Below are positions 28,481-39,607 of a DNA stretch of 64,000 nucleotides, piece by piece. The notes beneath the pieces are model-generated. The model had not been told where the DNA came from. It was given only the letters and a program-made list of their open reading frames with translations, and did no database searches. Origin of the DNA: an uncultured Spirochaetota bacterium (GTDB taxonomy: Bacteria > Spirochaetota > Spirochaetia > SZUA-6 > Fen-1364); the NCBI GenBank assembly GCA_963734545.1, contig CAVTHO010000008.1:800001-864000 (forward strand), read 5' to 3'. Numbering within the stretch: the first letter of the stretch is position 1; the number at the start of each line of letters is the position of its first letter. Both the position numbers and the translations under genes were made by a program.

Positions 28481-30154
28481 TCAGTATCCGTCGGATTTGG
28501 CGATGTTCTGGTCTTTCTTGTACAGGTCGTTGTACACGAAACCGCGGTTCTTCAGATTGTCCTTGACGTGCTGGGGGAAGGGCATCATGCGCCAGAAGAT
28601 CCCGCGCACGTCCTTGTCCAGCTTCTGCATTCCCTGGCTTTCCTTGTTGATCCAGAGCGCATAGTCGCGGATGAAATACTCGCGCACGTCCCCGCGCAGC
28701 TTGTGCTCGGTGAACCACTGGTAGTACTTGCCCGTGATGCCCTCTTCCATCCAGTAGTACTGCGCCTTCTCCTTGGCCACCTGCCACCGCAGGTCAGCCA
28801 GGGCGGTGAGCACCGCAACCGGAAGGTTCTTGGGATACATGGGAATGGCGATACGGCCCCGGCTGGTGGCGCGATTGAACTTTTCGAACGGCTCCCAGCA
28901 GACTCCCGTATCACCGTAGCTGGCCAGGAGGATCACGTTGGGCACGATCCGCGTGGTCTGGCTCTTGTAGGTCCTGATAAAGAGACCGGGGTCCATGGCT
29001 TCCACCTGCGCCATCTCCCGGATCACATTCTCACGGGTGCCGATCTCCTTGATGAGGGGGCGGACGAACTGCGCAAGAAAGATGGGAAAGTGATTCCCCT
29101 GCCTTCCCACGCACATCTTTGCCATCTGCCGGATGCTGGCCCATTCGTCTACCACGGTCCTCTGGTCTACCGTGCTTTGCGCGTCTACTCCCTCGGACTT
29201 GCGTCCCAGTGACTCCAGGTCCTTGTCGATCCGCGCAAGGTCCCCGTAGGAGGAAACGATCTGGCCGTCCAGGTTCGAGAGCTGGCGGAGCAGCTCCTGG
29301 ATCTGCGCAAGCGCGGCCTTCTGTGTGGCGGAATAAGCCGCTTTCAGACCCCCGTACTCCTCGTTCCTGTCGTGGCGGATCAGCAGGTCCACCTGGCCGC
29401 GCAGCTGGGACTCCCGTTCCTCGAGCTGTGAGATCTTGGCCTTCAGGATCGTGATCTCGCTGTCCCGCTGGCCTCTTTTCTTCTCAAAGGCATCCAGGAT
29501 CTTCTGCCCGGTGGCCTTCCCCTTCTGCTTGACCTCGTCGATTGTCGAGGGCCTGACCAGGCCCTTGGAGATCCGCTCCAGCCATTCGTCGACGTACCAG
29601 ACCGGCTCGCCCACCTGGTTCTCGTACACGATTCGCGAGACCATGTCCCGCAGCTCCGGCGACAGGAATCCCGGAGAGAGAATTCCGAAGCGGAGCAGCA
29701 GCCGCTTGGGAGTGAGCAGGCCTTTGCCGGCTCGATACGCGACCCGGGCGCCCAGTTCCCAGAAGGCGGATATGAGCTGGGCCCGGAAATGGGATTTCTC
29801 TTCCGGGTCCTCTGCCTTCATGTACTTGCCCAGCAGCTCGTGAAGCCGGGTCCCCTCCTCCCCCTCTCCCCCGAGAACCTGCTTGTAGTATTCCTTCTCC
29901 TGGAAGAACGGTTTCGGATCCTCCTGGAGCTTGGTGATGGCGGGGAAGCGCGTGCGGGTGGTGTCTACATCTTCGCCCCGTATCTTCTGCTTTTTTTCGT
30001 CGGTGAACAGGGTGTGAAAGTCGGGCTTGCCGGTGGTCTCCTGGCCGGTCTCAGGCTCCGGTTCGGCAGCAGGCCGTGCCGGCTCTATGTTGAGCAGCTC
30101 AGCGAGATCAGGATCGAGGCCGTTTTGAGCAGGCGCCCCTTTTTTGTTGTCCAT
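28481..30154 (-). CDS. Hypothetical protein with central coiled coil (557 aa)
   Basis: Long ORF with host-like codon bias and an aromatic-rich C-terminal domain (WMEEGITGKYYQWF, DYALWI); starts just downstream of tRNA-Ala. Confidence 0.8.
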   Translation of the reverse strand: MDNKKGAPAQNGLDPDLAELLNIEPARPAAEPEPETGQETTGKPDFHTLFTDEKKQKIRGEDVDTTRTRFPAITKLQEDPKPFFQEKEYYKQVLGGEGEEGTRLHELLGKYMKAEDPEEKSHFRAQLISAFWELGARVAYRAGKGLLTPKRLLLRFGILSPGFLSPELRDMVSRIVYENQVGEPVWYVDEWLERISKGLVRPSTIDEVKQKGKATGQKILDAFEKKRGQRDSEITILKAKISQLEERESQLRGQVDLLIRHDRNEEYGGLKAAYSATQKAALAQIQELLRQLSNLDGQIVSSYGDLARIDKDLESLGRKSEGVDAQSTVDQRTVVDEWASIRQMAKMCVGRQGNHFPIFLAQFVRPLIKEIGTRENVIREMAQVEAMDPGLFIRTYKSQTTRIVPNVILLASYGDTGVCWEPFEKFNRATSRGRIAIPMYPKNLPVAVLTALADLRWQVAKEKAQYYWMEEGITGKYYQWFTEHKLRGDVREYFIRDYALWINKESQGMQKLDKDVRGIFWRMMPFPQHVKDNLKNRGFVYNDLYKKDQNIAKSDGY

Positions 30155-30164
30155 GTGAGCCTAG

Positions 30165-30238
30165 TGGAGGCGACGGGAATTGAACCCACGACCTCTTGAA
30201 TGCCATTCAAGCGCTCTAGCCAACTGAGCTACGCCCCC
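30165..30238 (-). tRNA. tRNA-Ala(GGC)
   Basis: Cloverleaf GGGGGCG/CGCCTCC-A with the G3:U70 alanine identity pair, anticodon arm CTTGA-ATGGCAT-TCAAG and GGTTCAATT T-arm; CCA not encoded. Confidence 0.97.
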
Positions 30239-30291
30239 GGAACACGGGAGCATAATAGAGAAATACCCCTCCGCCTGTCAAGAACGAACGC

Positions 30292-31107
30292 CTATGTGTC
30301 CGCCGCCGCGCGCACGCCGTTGGCGAGAATGCGCAAGCCCTCACCCCGGGCGCGGCCGCGGCCGCGCGGGAGGGTCGTTTCCCGCAAGGCCCACTGCGGG
30401 TGATTCTCTGCGTGAAGGAACGCCTCGGGGTGGGGCATGAGACCGAAGACCCTTCCGGTGGGATCGCAGATACCGGCCACGTGCCCATCGGAACCGTTGG
30501 GATCGTCGGGGTAGCTTACATCGTTCCTGCCCGCTTCCCTGGCCGCGTAACGCACCGCAATGAGACCGCGGCCAGCGAGCGCGTTCATGGCCTCGTTCGT
30601 TCTCACCACGAACTTGCCTTCGCCATGCCGCACGGGAAGGTCCATGTCGGTGAGCCCTCTTGTCCACACGCAGCGGCTGTTCTCTTCGAACCGGACCTTG
30701 ACCCAGCGGTCCTCGTATTTTCCTGAATCATTGTGGATCAGGGAAACCTCCTGCGTTCCCTTTCCCTCGAGATTGGGCAGTACTCCCATCTTGACGAGCA
30801 CCTGAAAGCCATTGCAGATCCCCAGAACGAGACCCCCGCGCGCTATGAATTCCTGCAATTCATCGCCCAGCGTGCGGCGGAAGAGAGTGGCAAAAACCTT
30901 TCCCGAGCCGAGATGGTCTCCAAATGAGAAGCCACCGGGGAAAGCGAGAATCCGGAAGGTGGACAGGAGGCCCGGTTTCCCGATCAGGTCGCTCACGTGC
31001 ACCCGGACGGCCTCCCCGCCCGTCCGGTCGAACGCGCAGGCGAGCTCTTCATCCGCATTGATTCCGAATCCGGTGATGATACAGACCCGCGGTCTTCTCC
31101 CTTTCAC
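30292..31107 (-). CDS. purQ: Phosphoribosylformylglycinamidine synthase subunit PurQ
   Basis: PGGFSFGD, GICNGFQ, RHGEG, PNGS and GLMPHPE motifs. Confidence 0.95.
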   Translation of the reverse strand: MKGRRPRVCIITGFGINADEELACAFDRTGGEAVRVHVSDLIGKPGLLSTFRILAFPGGFSFGDHLGSGKVFATLFRRTLGDELQEFIARGGLVLGICNGFQVLVKMGVLPNLEGKGTQEVSLIHNDSGKYEDRWVKVRFEENSRCVWTRGLTDMDLPVRHGEGKFVVRTNEAMNALAGRGLIAVRYAAREAGRNDVSYPDDPNGSDGHVAGICDPTGRVFGLMPHPEAFLHAENHPQWALRETTLPRGRGRARGEGLRILANGVRAAADT

Positions 31108-34100
31108 GATGACGTCCCCCCGCTCCGGGACCAGAGCGCGCGGATCTCATCGACCGTCAGGGCGGCGATCTGCCGGCCCGCCGCCTCCACGCTGACCCGG
31201 GGCTCATGCGTCACCTCGCCGATCCACCCGCAGGCCACGCCCTTCATGATGCGTCTCCACCTCTTGAGACTGCGCGGGGCCACACTGACGAGAAATCGTG
31301 AGGGCGTCTCGCAGAAGAGCAGCCGCGCGGGTTCGCGGCCGCTTTCCCCGGATACGGGCAGCGCGTCCAGAAAGACCCTTGCACCGAGGTCCCCGCCCAG
31401 ACAGCTCTCCGCGAGGGCTACCCAGAGCCCGCCGTCCGAAAGGTCGTGGCACGAGCGTACGAGCCCCTGCCGGATTGCGCGGTACATTGCGCGATACGAT
31501 TCTCGCGCGGGACCGAGACGGACGGAGGGACAGGGTCCCCGGGCGCCTCCGCTGATTCTCTCGAAGCACGTGCCGCCGAGCTCGCCGCGCGTCTCCCCGA
31601 CCACGAACAGGAGGTCGCCCGGGTTCTTGAAATCCGTGGTCTGGGCCCTGCGCACGTCCGCGATGACCCCCATGAGGGAGACCAGGAGCGTGGGGCGGAT
31701 GGAAATCTTCCTGCCGCCCACGCGCGCGTCGTTCTTCATGGAGTCCTTCCCCGAAATCAGGGGAAGCTGATACGCCCGGCACGCCGCGGAAAGCCCGCGG
31801 CAGGCGCGTACGAGCTGGGCCAGCTTGAAGGGACCGTCCGGGGTCTCCGGCCCTTCCACGGGATCCGGCCAGCAGAAGTTGTCCAATGCGGACATCCGGT
31901 CGGGATCGCCCCCGAGCGCCACGTGGGCGCGCACCGCCTCATCCACCGCGCACTGGGCCATGTCCCAGGTATCGTGGTCCCCGTACCGGGGACAGATGCC
32001 GTGCGTGATGGTGATGCCGCGGCGGGAGTCGTGCCGCACGCGCATGACGCCCCCGTCCGAGGGCGCGTCACGGCGCCGGCCGACGAACGGCTTCACCACG
32101 GAGCGCGCCTGCACCTCGTGGTCGTACGCCCGCACCCACTCTTCCCGTGACGCGATATTGGGATCCGAGATCAGCGCGCGCATGACGCGCGGGATGTCGG
32201 CGAAGGACGTATCGCCTGCCGGCGCCGGGGCCCCGCATCTCCCCTTCCGGCGGAAGGGGGAATCCACTCGGCCCGCAGTTCCATCAGCGGAAGACCGTCG
32301 TGGAGAAAGCGCAAAGGAAGCAGACCGACGAGCGTGCCATGCGCGAACACCTCCACGTCGCCGGTGTCCGTAAACTCCCCGACAATGGCTGCTTCGACAT
32401 CCCGGCGCCGCGCCAGGTCGAGGAACGCCTCGACAGTGCGGGGGGGCACGGCCAGGCTCATCCGCTCCTGTGACTCGGACACGAGGATTTCCCAGGCAGC
32501 CAGCCCCGTGTATTTCAGCGGGCACGCGTCCAGATCGATGCGCACCCCTCCGCTCAGGCCCGCCATTTCCCCCAGGGATGAGGAGAGCCCGCCCGCGCCA
32601 TTGTCCGTTATCCCCCGGTAGAGCCCGAGGTCCCGCGCCTCCAGGAGCATGTCGAGCATCTTCTTCTGGGTGATCGGGTCTCCGATCTGCACCGCCGAGG
32701 TGGGTGAGGTCTCGCTCAACGCTTCGGAAGAAAACGTGGCGCCGTGGATGCCGTCCTTTCCGATCCTGCCGCCGGTCATGACCGCCAGGTCTCCCGGCCG
32801 CACGCGCTTTGCGCAGGAGTCCCCGCCGCGCACGCGCGCCGGCAGGACGCCCCCGGTTCCGCAGAACACCAGGGGCTTGCCGAGAAAGCTCTCGTCGAAG
32901 AGGAACGCGCCGGCCGCCGTCGGGATGCCGGACTGGTTGCCCCCATCCACGATGCCGTGATGCACGCCGTCGAGGACCCGGCGCGGATGCAGCAATCCCG
33001 GAGGGACCTGGTCAGCCGGCGTATCCGGAAAGCCGAAACACAGCACATTCGTGTTGAACAGCGGGCGCGCCCCCACGCCCGTTCCCATGATGTCACGGTT
33101 CACCCCGACTATTCCCGTGATCGCGCCGCCGTAGGGGTCCAGAGCGGAAGGGGAGTTGTGCGTTTCCACCTTGAAGCAGACGAACGTCCGGCGGTCGAAG
33201 GCGATCACTCCGGAGTTGTCGTGAAAAACGGACCGGAGAAACCTTCGCCGCTTTGCCACGCTCTCCGTCGTGGCCCTGATGAAGGTGCGGAACAGCGAGT
33301 GGATGGTCTCCTCGCGTCCTTCTTCGCGATAGCGGATCGTGGCATTGAAGATCTTGTGCTTGCAGTGCTCCGACCAGGTCTGGGCTATCATCTCCAGCTC
33401 CACGTCGGTGGCCGCGGTGGAAAGCCCGCGCTCCCTGCGCGCGCGCCGTGTCTCCTCGTCCATGAAGAACCGCTGCACCGCCTTCATCTCCGGAAGGGAC
33501 AGGGCGAGGAGCCGCGCGCGGGAAAGCGCAAGCAGCTCCTCGTCGCGCAGACCGGCGAGCTCGATGCGCAGGACCGCCGCGGGGCTCGCCGGCACGGTGT
33601 GCGGATAGAGGCGCGCGGGGCGCATCCCCTGGGACCACTCCCGCTGCCTCATGCACGCGGCGGACTGGATGAGCGGATTGTGAAAGAAACGGGCGAGGAG
33701 GTCGGCATCCACGGAGCCTGAAGGGTCGAGCGAGACAAGGTACTGCACGGCGGTCTGGATGACGGCGTCCGGGGGACGCCTCCCGGCAGGCATGTCCGAA
33801 GGGCCTCCCGGGCGGTGAGGGCCACGGGGTCGGTGACCCCGGGCTTCACCGTCACCTCGATGAGGTGCTCCCAGGATCCACCGAACGCCTTTTCCGCGGC
33901 ATACTCGTCGGTCAGAATCTCCTGCGCAACGGCGTCCTGGAAAACATCCGCGGCAACCGCGGGGGTCAGGCCGGGAATGCCGGAGAGCAGATAGACATCG
34001 ACGATCGCGACGTCGACGATGGCCGGAGAGACCGCGCGCCGAAGGAGCGGAAGGATCCGCCGCGCCCTGCCGTCCGGGTAGCGCCTGCGGGTGAACACCT

Positions 34101-34119
34101 CCAGCCGGGCGGACGACAT
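31104..34119 (-). CDS. purL: Phosphoribosylformylglycinamidine synthase subunit PurL (two frameshifts near 33770-33790 and 32225-32260, probably sequencing errors)
   Basis: PGVTDP (first frame); QTWSEHCKHKIF, ETHNSPS, DGIHGATFSS and SESQERM (second frame); YDHEVQ, LDNFCWPDP, ISGKDSMKND and HDLSDGG (third frame). Confidence 0.9.
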
Positions 34120-34136
34120 CTCCCTCGTCGCCGCGC

Positions 34137-35426
34137 TCACGGGGCGGAGTTTTCCGGCTGGCTGAAAGCCATGGCCAGGAGGCAGATATCGTCCTGCGGG
34201 GGGTCATCGCCGAGAAACGCGCGCACCGATCCCATGACCCTGTCCACGTCCAGGCTCCCCGTCTCCTGGATGATGCGGGTGGCCTCTGCCTTCAGCCGCT
34301 CCATGCCGAAGGTCTCCTGTCCCCGGCTCGCTTCGATCACCCCGTCGCTCACGAACAGCAGGGCGTCCCCCGGCGCGAAGCTTGACCGCAGGGTCTCATA
34401 TTCGTTGTCCATCACGTGCCCGATGGGGTAGTCGGAGTGATCGAACAGTTCAACGGCCCTGCCCGCCGAGAGCACGACAGGGGGGACGTGGATGCCCGCG
34501 GACGCGTACTGGAACGCGAACCCGCGGAGGTCCAGCACGCCGAGAAAAAGGGTGAGGTAGATCTCGGGGTCCCCCTGGTTGATCTCGGTGATGAAGCTGT
34601 GATTGATCGCGGTGAGGACCGCGCCGGGAGGCTTCACCACGTACTGCCGGTTGAGCAGAATTCTCTTCACCGAAGTCTCGATGAGCTTCTTCACGTAGCT
34701 CATGACCATGGCCGCATAGATGCCGTGACCGCACACGTCTCCACCGTACACGGCCAGGCGGTACTCGTCGATCTGGAATACGCCGGTGATGTCCCCCCCC
34801 AGCTCGTCGCAGGGAATGTACTCCGAGGCGATGGAGACCCCGGGATAGCTCTTGCGCTTTTCCGGCAGGAGGTTGCGCTGGATATTCTGCGCCAGGAGCA
34901 GCTCGCGCCGCACCTTCTCTCCCACCGCCTCGAGCTCCCTCGTGCGCTCGCGCACCTTGCGCTCCAGCACGTCTTTCTCCACGCGGAGGGTCTCCAGCCA
35001 CTTGTAGTTCAATCCCTGGAGCTGGAGGATGATATTGGAGAGAACGTTTCGAGTGGTTCCGGGATAGTCCTCCAGCAGCCGGGTGAATCCCTCTGTCGTC
35101 AGGGAAAGCGTGGTCACCGGGCTGAGGGCTATGACGCTGGCCGAGTGCACCGATGCGCCGATGATCACGGCCATCTCGCCGAAGAAGTCCCCTGCCTCCA
35201 GCTCCGCAATCCCCATTTCCTCGGCGCCCGGCAGCCGCCGGCGCACCTCGACCTTTCCCTCCGCAAGGAGGTACACCCGGTCGGGGGTTTCCGACTGCCG
35301 CACGATCACCGCTCCCGTGGGAAATGTCTGCCGGGTCACCAGGTCACGCACCTTGCCGAGCTGGTCTTCCGTCATTCCCTTCAGGAGCTTGTTGTGCGTG
35401 AGAAAGCTGCGAAGCTCCAGGTCCAT
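34137..35426 (-). CDS. SpoIIE/PP2C-family phosphatase with N-terminal cyclic-nucleotide-binding domain
   Basis: CNB fold (FPTGAVIVRQ...GDFFGEMA), coiled coil, then IQRNLLP, GGD, GDVCGHG, SDGVIE and QDDI motifs. Confidence 0.88.
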   Translation of the reverse strand: MDLELRSFLTHNKLLKGMTEDQLGKVRDLVTRQTFPTGAVIVRQSETPDRVYLLAEGKVEVRRRLPGAEEMGIAELEAGDFFGEMAVIIGASVHSASVIALSPVTTLSLTTEGFTRLLEDYPGTTRNVLSNIILQLQGLNYKWLETLRVEKDVLERKVRERTRELEAVGEKVRRELLLAQNIQRNLLPEKRKSYPGVSIASEYIPCDELGGDITGVFQIDEYRLAVYGGDVCGHGIYAAMVMSYVKKLIETSVKRILLNRQYVVKPPGAVLTAINHSFITEINQGDPEIYLTLFLGVLDLRGFAFQYASAGIHVPPVVLSAGRAVELFDHSDYPIGHVMDNEYETLRSSFAPGDALLFVSDGVIEASRGQETFGMERLKAEATRIIQETGSLDVDRVMGSVRAFLGDDPPQDDICLLAMAFSQPENSAP

Positions 35427-35534
35427 TGCTGTTGCGCCAGAATCGCCCAGCGTTCCGGCGTTGTCAAGTGCGGCCGGGTATTGCAGCCTGCCCTTTCCTT
35501 GACCCGGGTGCGCACGCCACGTATCTTCTTGCTG

Positions 35535-36299
35535 ATGGCGGATATACTCGTATTCGGGGCGCACCCTGACGATGCGGAGTTCGGGATGGGCGCAAGCATG
35601 GTCAAGTTCGCGCGGGCGGGAGCCTCCGTTGCGCTCTGCGTTCTCACGCGCGGCGAGGCGGGCACCTTCGGCACGCCGGCGCAGCGGGAAGGGGAGATGC
35701 GCGCCGCCGCGGAGATGCTGGGAGGAGAGCTGGAAATTCTCTCATTCCACGACTGCCAGATCTTCGATACCTACGAGGCCCGGCTGCGGCTGGCCGAAGC
35801 CATCCGTAAATTCAGGCCCCGGCTCGTATTTGCCCCTTATCATACGAACCCCAGCAACCACAAGGACGGCGGCGCGCACCCCGACCACACCGCGACGGGC
35901 ACCATCGTGAGGTCCGCGACGCGCTATGCGCGGTTCGCCGGCCTGAAAGACGCGCGCGGGGAGCCCTGGAACGCGGAACACATCATCTACTACATGGTGC
36001 CCCGGTCGCGCACGCCGACCCTCTTGAACGACGTGTCCGCCCACATGGACGAGTGGGAATCGATCGCGCGCTGCCACCAGTCCCAGATGAGCCTCCGGGA
36101 CGGCAAAGTGCTGGAGGGCCTGCGCAGGTTCAGGGAAGCATACGGAAACATGCTCGGCGTGGCCCACGCGGAGGGCTTTCTCGTGGAGGAGCCGCTCGTC
36201 TTCGACCTTCCCTTTTTCATGCGCACGTCCAGCCAGCCGGGAGGCGTCGCTACCTCCGAGGCTGAAAAATCAGGAGCCCTGCCCTCCCTACGTTCGTGA
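35535..36299 (+). CDS. PIG-L/LmbE family Zn-dependent N-deacetylase (BshB1-like)
   Basis: GAHPDDAEFG, LTRGEAG, HPDH and CHQSQ motifs; AEGF near the C-terminus. Confidence 0.88.
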   Translation: MADILVFGAHPDDAEFGMGASMVKFARAGASVALCVLTRGEAGTFGTPAQREGEMRAAAEMLGGELEILSFHDCQIFDTYEARLRLAEAIRKFRPRLVFAPYHTNPSNHKDGGAHPDHTATGTIVRSATRYARFAGLKDARGEPWNAEHIIYYMVPRSRTPTLLNDVSAHMDEWESIARCHQSQMSLRDGKVLEGLRRFREAYGNMLGVAHAEGFLVEEPLVFDLPFFMRTSSQPGGVATSEAEKSGALPSLRS

Positions 36300-37377
36300 A
36301 CGAGGTCTCCTCCCACGCGACGATGAAGAGATCCCCCTGCTTCACGAAGTCCGTGTAGCGGAACGCACGCGGCAGGCCGGGAAGGTCGATGGGCCGCACA
36401 GAATCCGCGGAGTCCCGCGATGCGGACGAGGCCGTTGACGCAATCACCCGCCCGTCGGGAATGAGTGCCAGGCGCGTCCCCTCTTCCTCGAAGACGGGGA
36501 TCATCACGGCGGAATCGCTTACCGGCCGGGATCGATAGCTCCGGCGGACGGGGTTTTCACGGGACCGCAACGCGAACTGGAGCGAGGCGTCCGGGGCGAG
36601 CCTCGGTATTGATTTGCGACAGGTCTCGAAGAACGCGCCGAGGTCCGGCGGCACCCCTGCCCCGGAAATGGACGGCACCCCGAGGGCGGCGAGATAGGCG
36701 TCCCTGCTCGTGTCCTCCTCCGCCTGCGTGTCGGCGTGATAGCGCGTGTAGGCGAAGCGGGTCTCAATGGCATCCGTGTATTTCCATTCGAACGCGAACT
36801 GGTTCTCCGTTTCCGGCGCAAATCCCACGGCTTCCCAGTCGGGATTCCTCTTCTGGAACGGTGGAATGAGAAAGGAAAAATCGGACCGCGCGGGGAGAAA
36901 GGTGACGATGCTGATGCCCGAGATCGGAAGTTCCCGCTGCCGCGCGTCGTTCAGCAGCGCGTTGAAGTAGAGGTGCACGGCGAGTGTTCCCTGCCGTGGG
37001 ACGAGGGTGGTGATTGTGCGGTGCGCGAAGATGAGAGGATCCGCATGATAGGCGAATACCGGTGCGCCCGCCGTGTCGAACACCAGCGCGGCCAGGCCCG
37101 TCCCATTGACCGCGCAATAGAGAGTGTCGCCGAGAAACGCCATGTCCGCCACCCGTGACTGGACTGTCCAGGGCAGCTCGGGCACGGCGGGCGACGACCC
37201 CGGCCCGTCAACGGGCTGAAACACACCCGCCTGGAGATGGAGCCACGAAGCGCGCGCTGGGGACCCCGGCCGCGCCCCCGAGCAGGAGGCAAGCGCGGCG
37301 AGCGCGCCGGCGGCCGCCAGAAGGGCGGCTAGTACGCGCGTCCGAAGACGGCGATGACTTGGGCGGTCTTTCCGCAC
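36250..37377 (-). CDS. Hypothetical lipoprotein
   Basis: Basic N-region, hydrophobic [17 protein letters not shown] lipobox and a beta-rich body. Start uncertain (GTG 37377 overlaps the proS end). Confidence 0.65.
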   Translation of the reverse strand: MRKDRPSHRRLRTRVLAALLAAAGALAALASCSGARPGSPARASWLHLQAGVFQPVDGPGSSPAVPELPWTVQSRVADMAFLGDTLYCAVNGTGLAALVFDTAGAPVFAYHADPLIFAHRTITTLVPRQGTLAVHLYFNALLNDARQRELPISGISIVTFLPARSDFSFLIPPFQKRNPDWEAVGFAPETENQFAFEWKYTDAIETRFAYTRYHADTQAEEDTSRDAYLAALGVPSISGAGVPPDLGAFFETCRKSIPRLAPDASLQFALRSRENPVRRSYRSRPVSDSAVMIPVFEEEGTRLALIPDGRVIASTASSASRDSADSVRPIDLPGLPRAFRYTDFVKQGDLFIVAWEETSFTNVGRAGLLIFQPRR

Positions 37378-38759
37378 ACGATGCACGGAGCGCCTGCTGT
37401 TTCGATCTTTTCCATCGGGAGAAGGCGGATAGTCGCCTTGGTCTCCTCCTTCACTTTGGCCTCGCATGCCGCGTCTCCGCACCAGCCCGCTTCGATGAAT
37501 CCGCCCGGATCGTCCAGCTTTGCCTTGAGCGCGGCGTAGTCCGCGACCCGGAAGGTATTGTCCTGGCGGAACTTCAGGGCGCGCGTGTACAGGGACTCCT
37601 GGATCGCGCCCAGCAGGGCGCGCAGTTTTTCACCGGCCTCGGCCACGGGAACAAACGCCTTCTCACCCGTGTCGCGGCGCACGGCGACGAACTGGCCTTT
37701 CTCCATGTCGCGCGGACCGATTTCCACCCGCACCGGAATTCCCTGCAGCTCGTACTCGGAAAACTTCCACCCCGGCGTATTCTGGTCATCCTCGTCCAGG
37801 GTGACCCTGAACGAGGCGGCGAGGGTGTCACGCAGCTTCCGCGCGAAAGCCAGCACCGTCTCTTTCGTTTCGTTCTTGAAGATGGGAACGATCACGACCT
37901 CGATGGGAGCCAGCCGCGGCGGAAGAACGAGGCCCTTGTCGTCCGAGTGGGCCATGATGACGGCGCCGATGAGCCGGGTGGACACGCCCCAGGACGACCC
38001 CCAGACGTAGTCGAGTGTCTTCTCCTTTGTCTGGAAGGTGACATCGAAGGCCTTTCCGAAGTTCTGGCCCAGGTTGTGGGAGGTGCCCGCCTGCAGCGCC
38101 TTGCGGTCCTGCATCATGGCCTCGATGCAGTACGTGCGCACGGCCCCCGCAAACTTTTCCGAGTCCGTCTTCACCCCGTGCAGGACGGGCACCGCCATGT
38201 ACTGCTCGGCGAACGTCTTGTACACGCCCACCATGCGCAGCGTCTCCTCCTCCGCCTCGGCCGCCGTTGCATGGGCCGTGTGTCCCTCCTGCCAGAGGAA
38301 CTCCGTGGTGCGCAGGAAGAGCCGGGTGCGCTTCTCCCAGCGAATGATGTTGCACCACTGGTTGATGAGAAGGGGCAGATCGCGATAGGACTGGATCCAC
38401 TTCTTGTACATGGCCCAGATGATGGTCTCCGAGGTGGGCCGGATCACGAGCGGCTCCTCGAGCTTTTCCCCACCCGCCTCGGTCACGACCGCGAGCTCGG
38501 GAGAGAACCCCTCCACGTGCTCGGCCTCTTTCTTGATGAAGCTCTCGGGAATGAGGAGCGGGAAATACGCGTTGACGTGGCCCGTTTCCTTGAAGAGGCC
38601 GTCCAGGCCCTGCTGGATCCTCTCCCAGAGCGCGTAGCCGCGCGGGCGGATCACCATGCATCCCTTCACCGGCGCGTAGTCGGCCAGCTTCGCATTGATG
38701 ACGACGTCGATGTACCACTGCGAATAGTCTGTTGCCCGGGGCGTGATTTTCTCTGCCAT
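37329..38759 (-). CDS. proS: Proline--tRNA ligase (eukaryote/archaeal type)
   Basis: [47 protein letters not shown] and C-terminal FGRAY. Confidence 0.97.
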   Translation of the reverse strand: MAEKITPRATDYSQWYIDVVINAKLADYAPVKGCMVIRPRGYALWERIQQGLDGLFKETGHVNAYFPLLIPESFIKKEAEHVEGFSPELAVVTEAGGEKLEEPLVIRPTSETIIWAMYKKWIQSYRDLPLLINQWCNIIRWEKRTRLFLRTTEFLWQEGHTAHATAAEAEEETLRMVGVYKTFAEQYMAVPVLHGVKTDSEKFAGAVRTYCIEAMMQDRKALQAGTSHNLGQNFGKAFDVTFQTKEKTLDYVWGSSWGVSTRLIGAVIMAHSDDKGLVLPPRLAPIEVVIVPIFKNETKETVLAFARKLRDTLAASFRVTLDEDDQNTPGWKFSEYELQGIPVRVEIGPRDMEKGQFVAVRRDTGEKAFVPVAEAGEKLRALLGAIQESLYTRALKFRQDNTFRVADYAALKAKLDDPGGFIEAGWCGDAACEAKVKEETKATIRLLPMEKIETAGAPCIVCGKTAQVIAVFGRAY

Positions 38760-38843
38760 GCCAGCCTCTTTGTGTGTGCGGCATTCTAAGGGCGCCAGAG
38801 ACTGGTGTCAATAAGATCCCGCTCGGGGCCCCGCGCGGGGGCG

Positions 38844-39533
38844 CTACTTCACCCGGACCGTCTCCACCATGTAGCGGATATTGTCCCCGCGGCTGTCCTG
38901 CTCCTCTTTCTGGATCAGGAAGACGAGGGAGTTGCCGTCGGGGGCGAGGATGATCTGCTTGATATGGTATGCCCTCACGCCCGGTCTCCTGTACGAGGAA
39001 TTGCCGGCAGTGAGGGTACGGGTTCTGCCATCCTTCTCCACGATGGAAATGGCGAGGCTGAACGAGGCGCTCGGGTAGGAGCCGGTCGTCCCGCTGCCCT
39101 GGATGAGACTCACCTTGTAGGATCTCCCCGACGGGAAGTCACGGAACTCGAGGGTGTCGGCGGCCTGCTCACCATCGATGAGAACGTAGAGCAGGCGCCC
39201 GGTGAGCAGGTGGTCGATCCTGTACTTCTTCTGTGCGAGTGTATCGTTCAGGGTGTTCAGGAGGGCCCCCACGGCGCTTGCGCCCGGCTCGACGGGCTGG
39301 TTGGAGGAGAAACGGTTCGCGCCCCGCGGCGCGTAGGCATTGGCGCGCACGTCGACTATGTACGAATCCGCCCAGGGAGTGGAGTTCTTTTCGAGAATCC
39401 CGTACTGCCCGAACATGAAGTACTTCGAATCTGATGAGAACCCGAGATTCACGAACAAAGCGATGTCGCCCGTGGAAGCGAAGCTCGCCACCGCGAGAAA
39501 CAGGGCCCCGACCAGGGCAAACCGTTTTGCCAT
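38844..39533 (-). CDS. DUF2259-like secreted protein
   Basis: Signal peptide, GDIALFVNLGFSSDSKYFMFGQYG and C-terminal IRYMVET, recognised from spirochaete DUF2259 proteins. Confidence 0.75.
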   Translation of the reverse strand: MAKRFALVGALFLAVASFASTGDIALFVNLGFSSDSKYFMFGQYGILEKNSTPWADSYIVDVRANAYAPRGANRFSSNQPVEPGASAVGALLNTLNDTLAQKKYRIDHLLTGRLLYVLIDGEQAADTLEFRDFPSGRSYKVSLIQGSGTTGSYPSASFSLAISIVEKDGRTRTLTAGNSSYRRPGVRAYHIKQIILAPDGNSLVFLIQKEEQDSRGDNIRYMVETVRVK

Positions 39534-39607
39534 AGGTGCTCCTGGTTATAGTATCGTACTGCCCGGTGTATTCTATAGAGGAATTTGGCGTCCCCGACAG
39601 GCGCCCC

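Noticed and set aside
31104-34119. purL, cydA and cydD as pseudogenes or programmed frameshifts
   Set aside because: All catalytic motifs are intact, there are no canonical slippery heptamers, and indels are scattered across unrelated genes; error is the simpler explanation.
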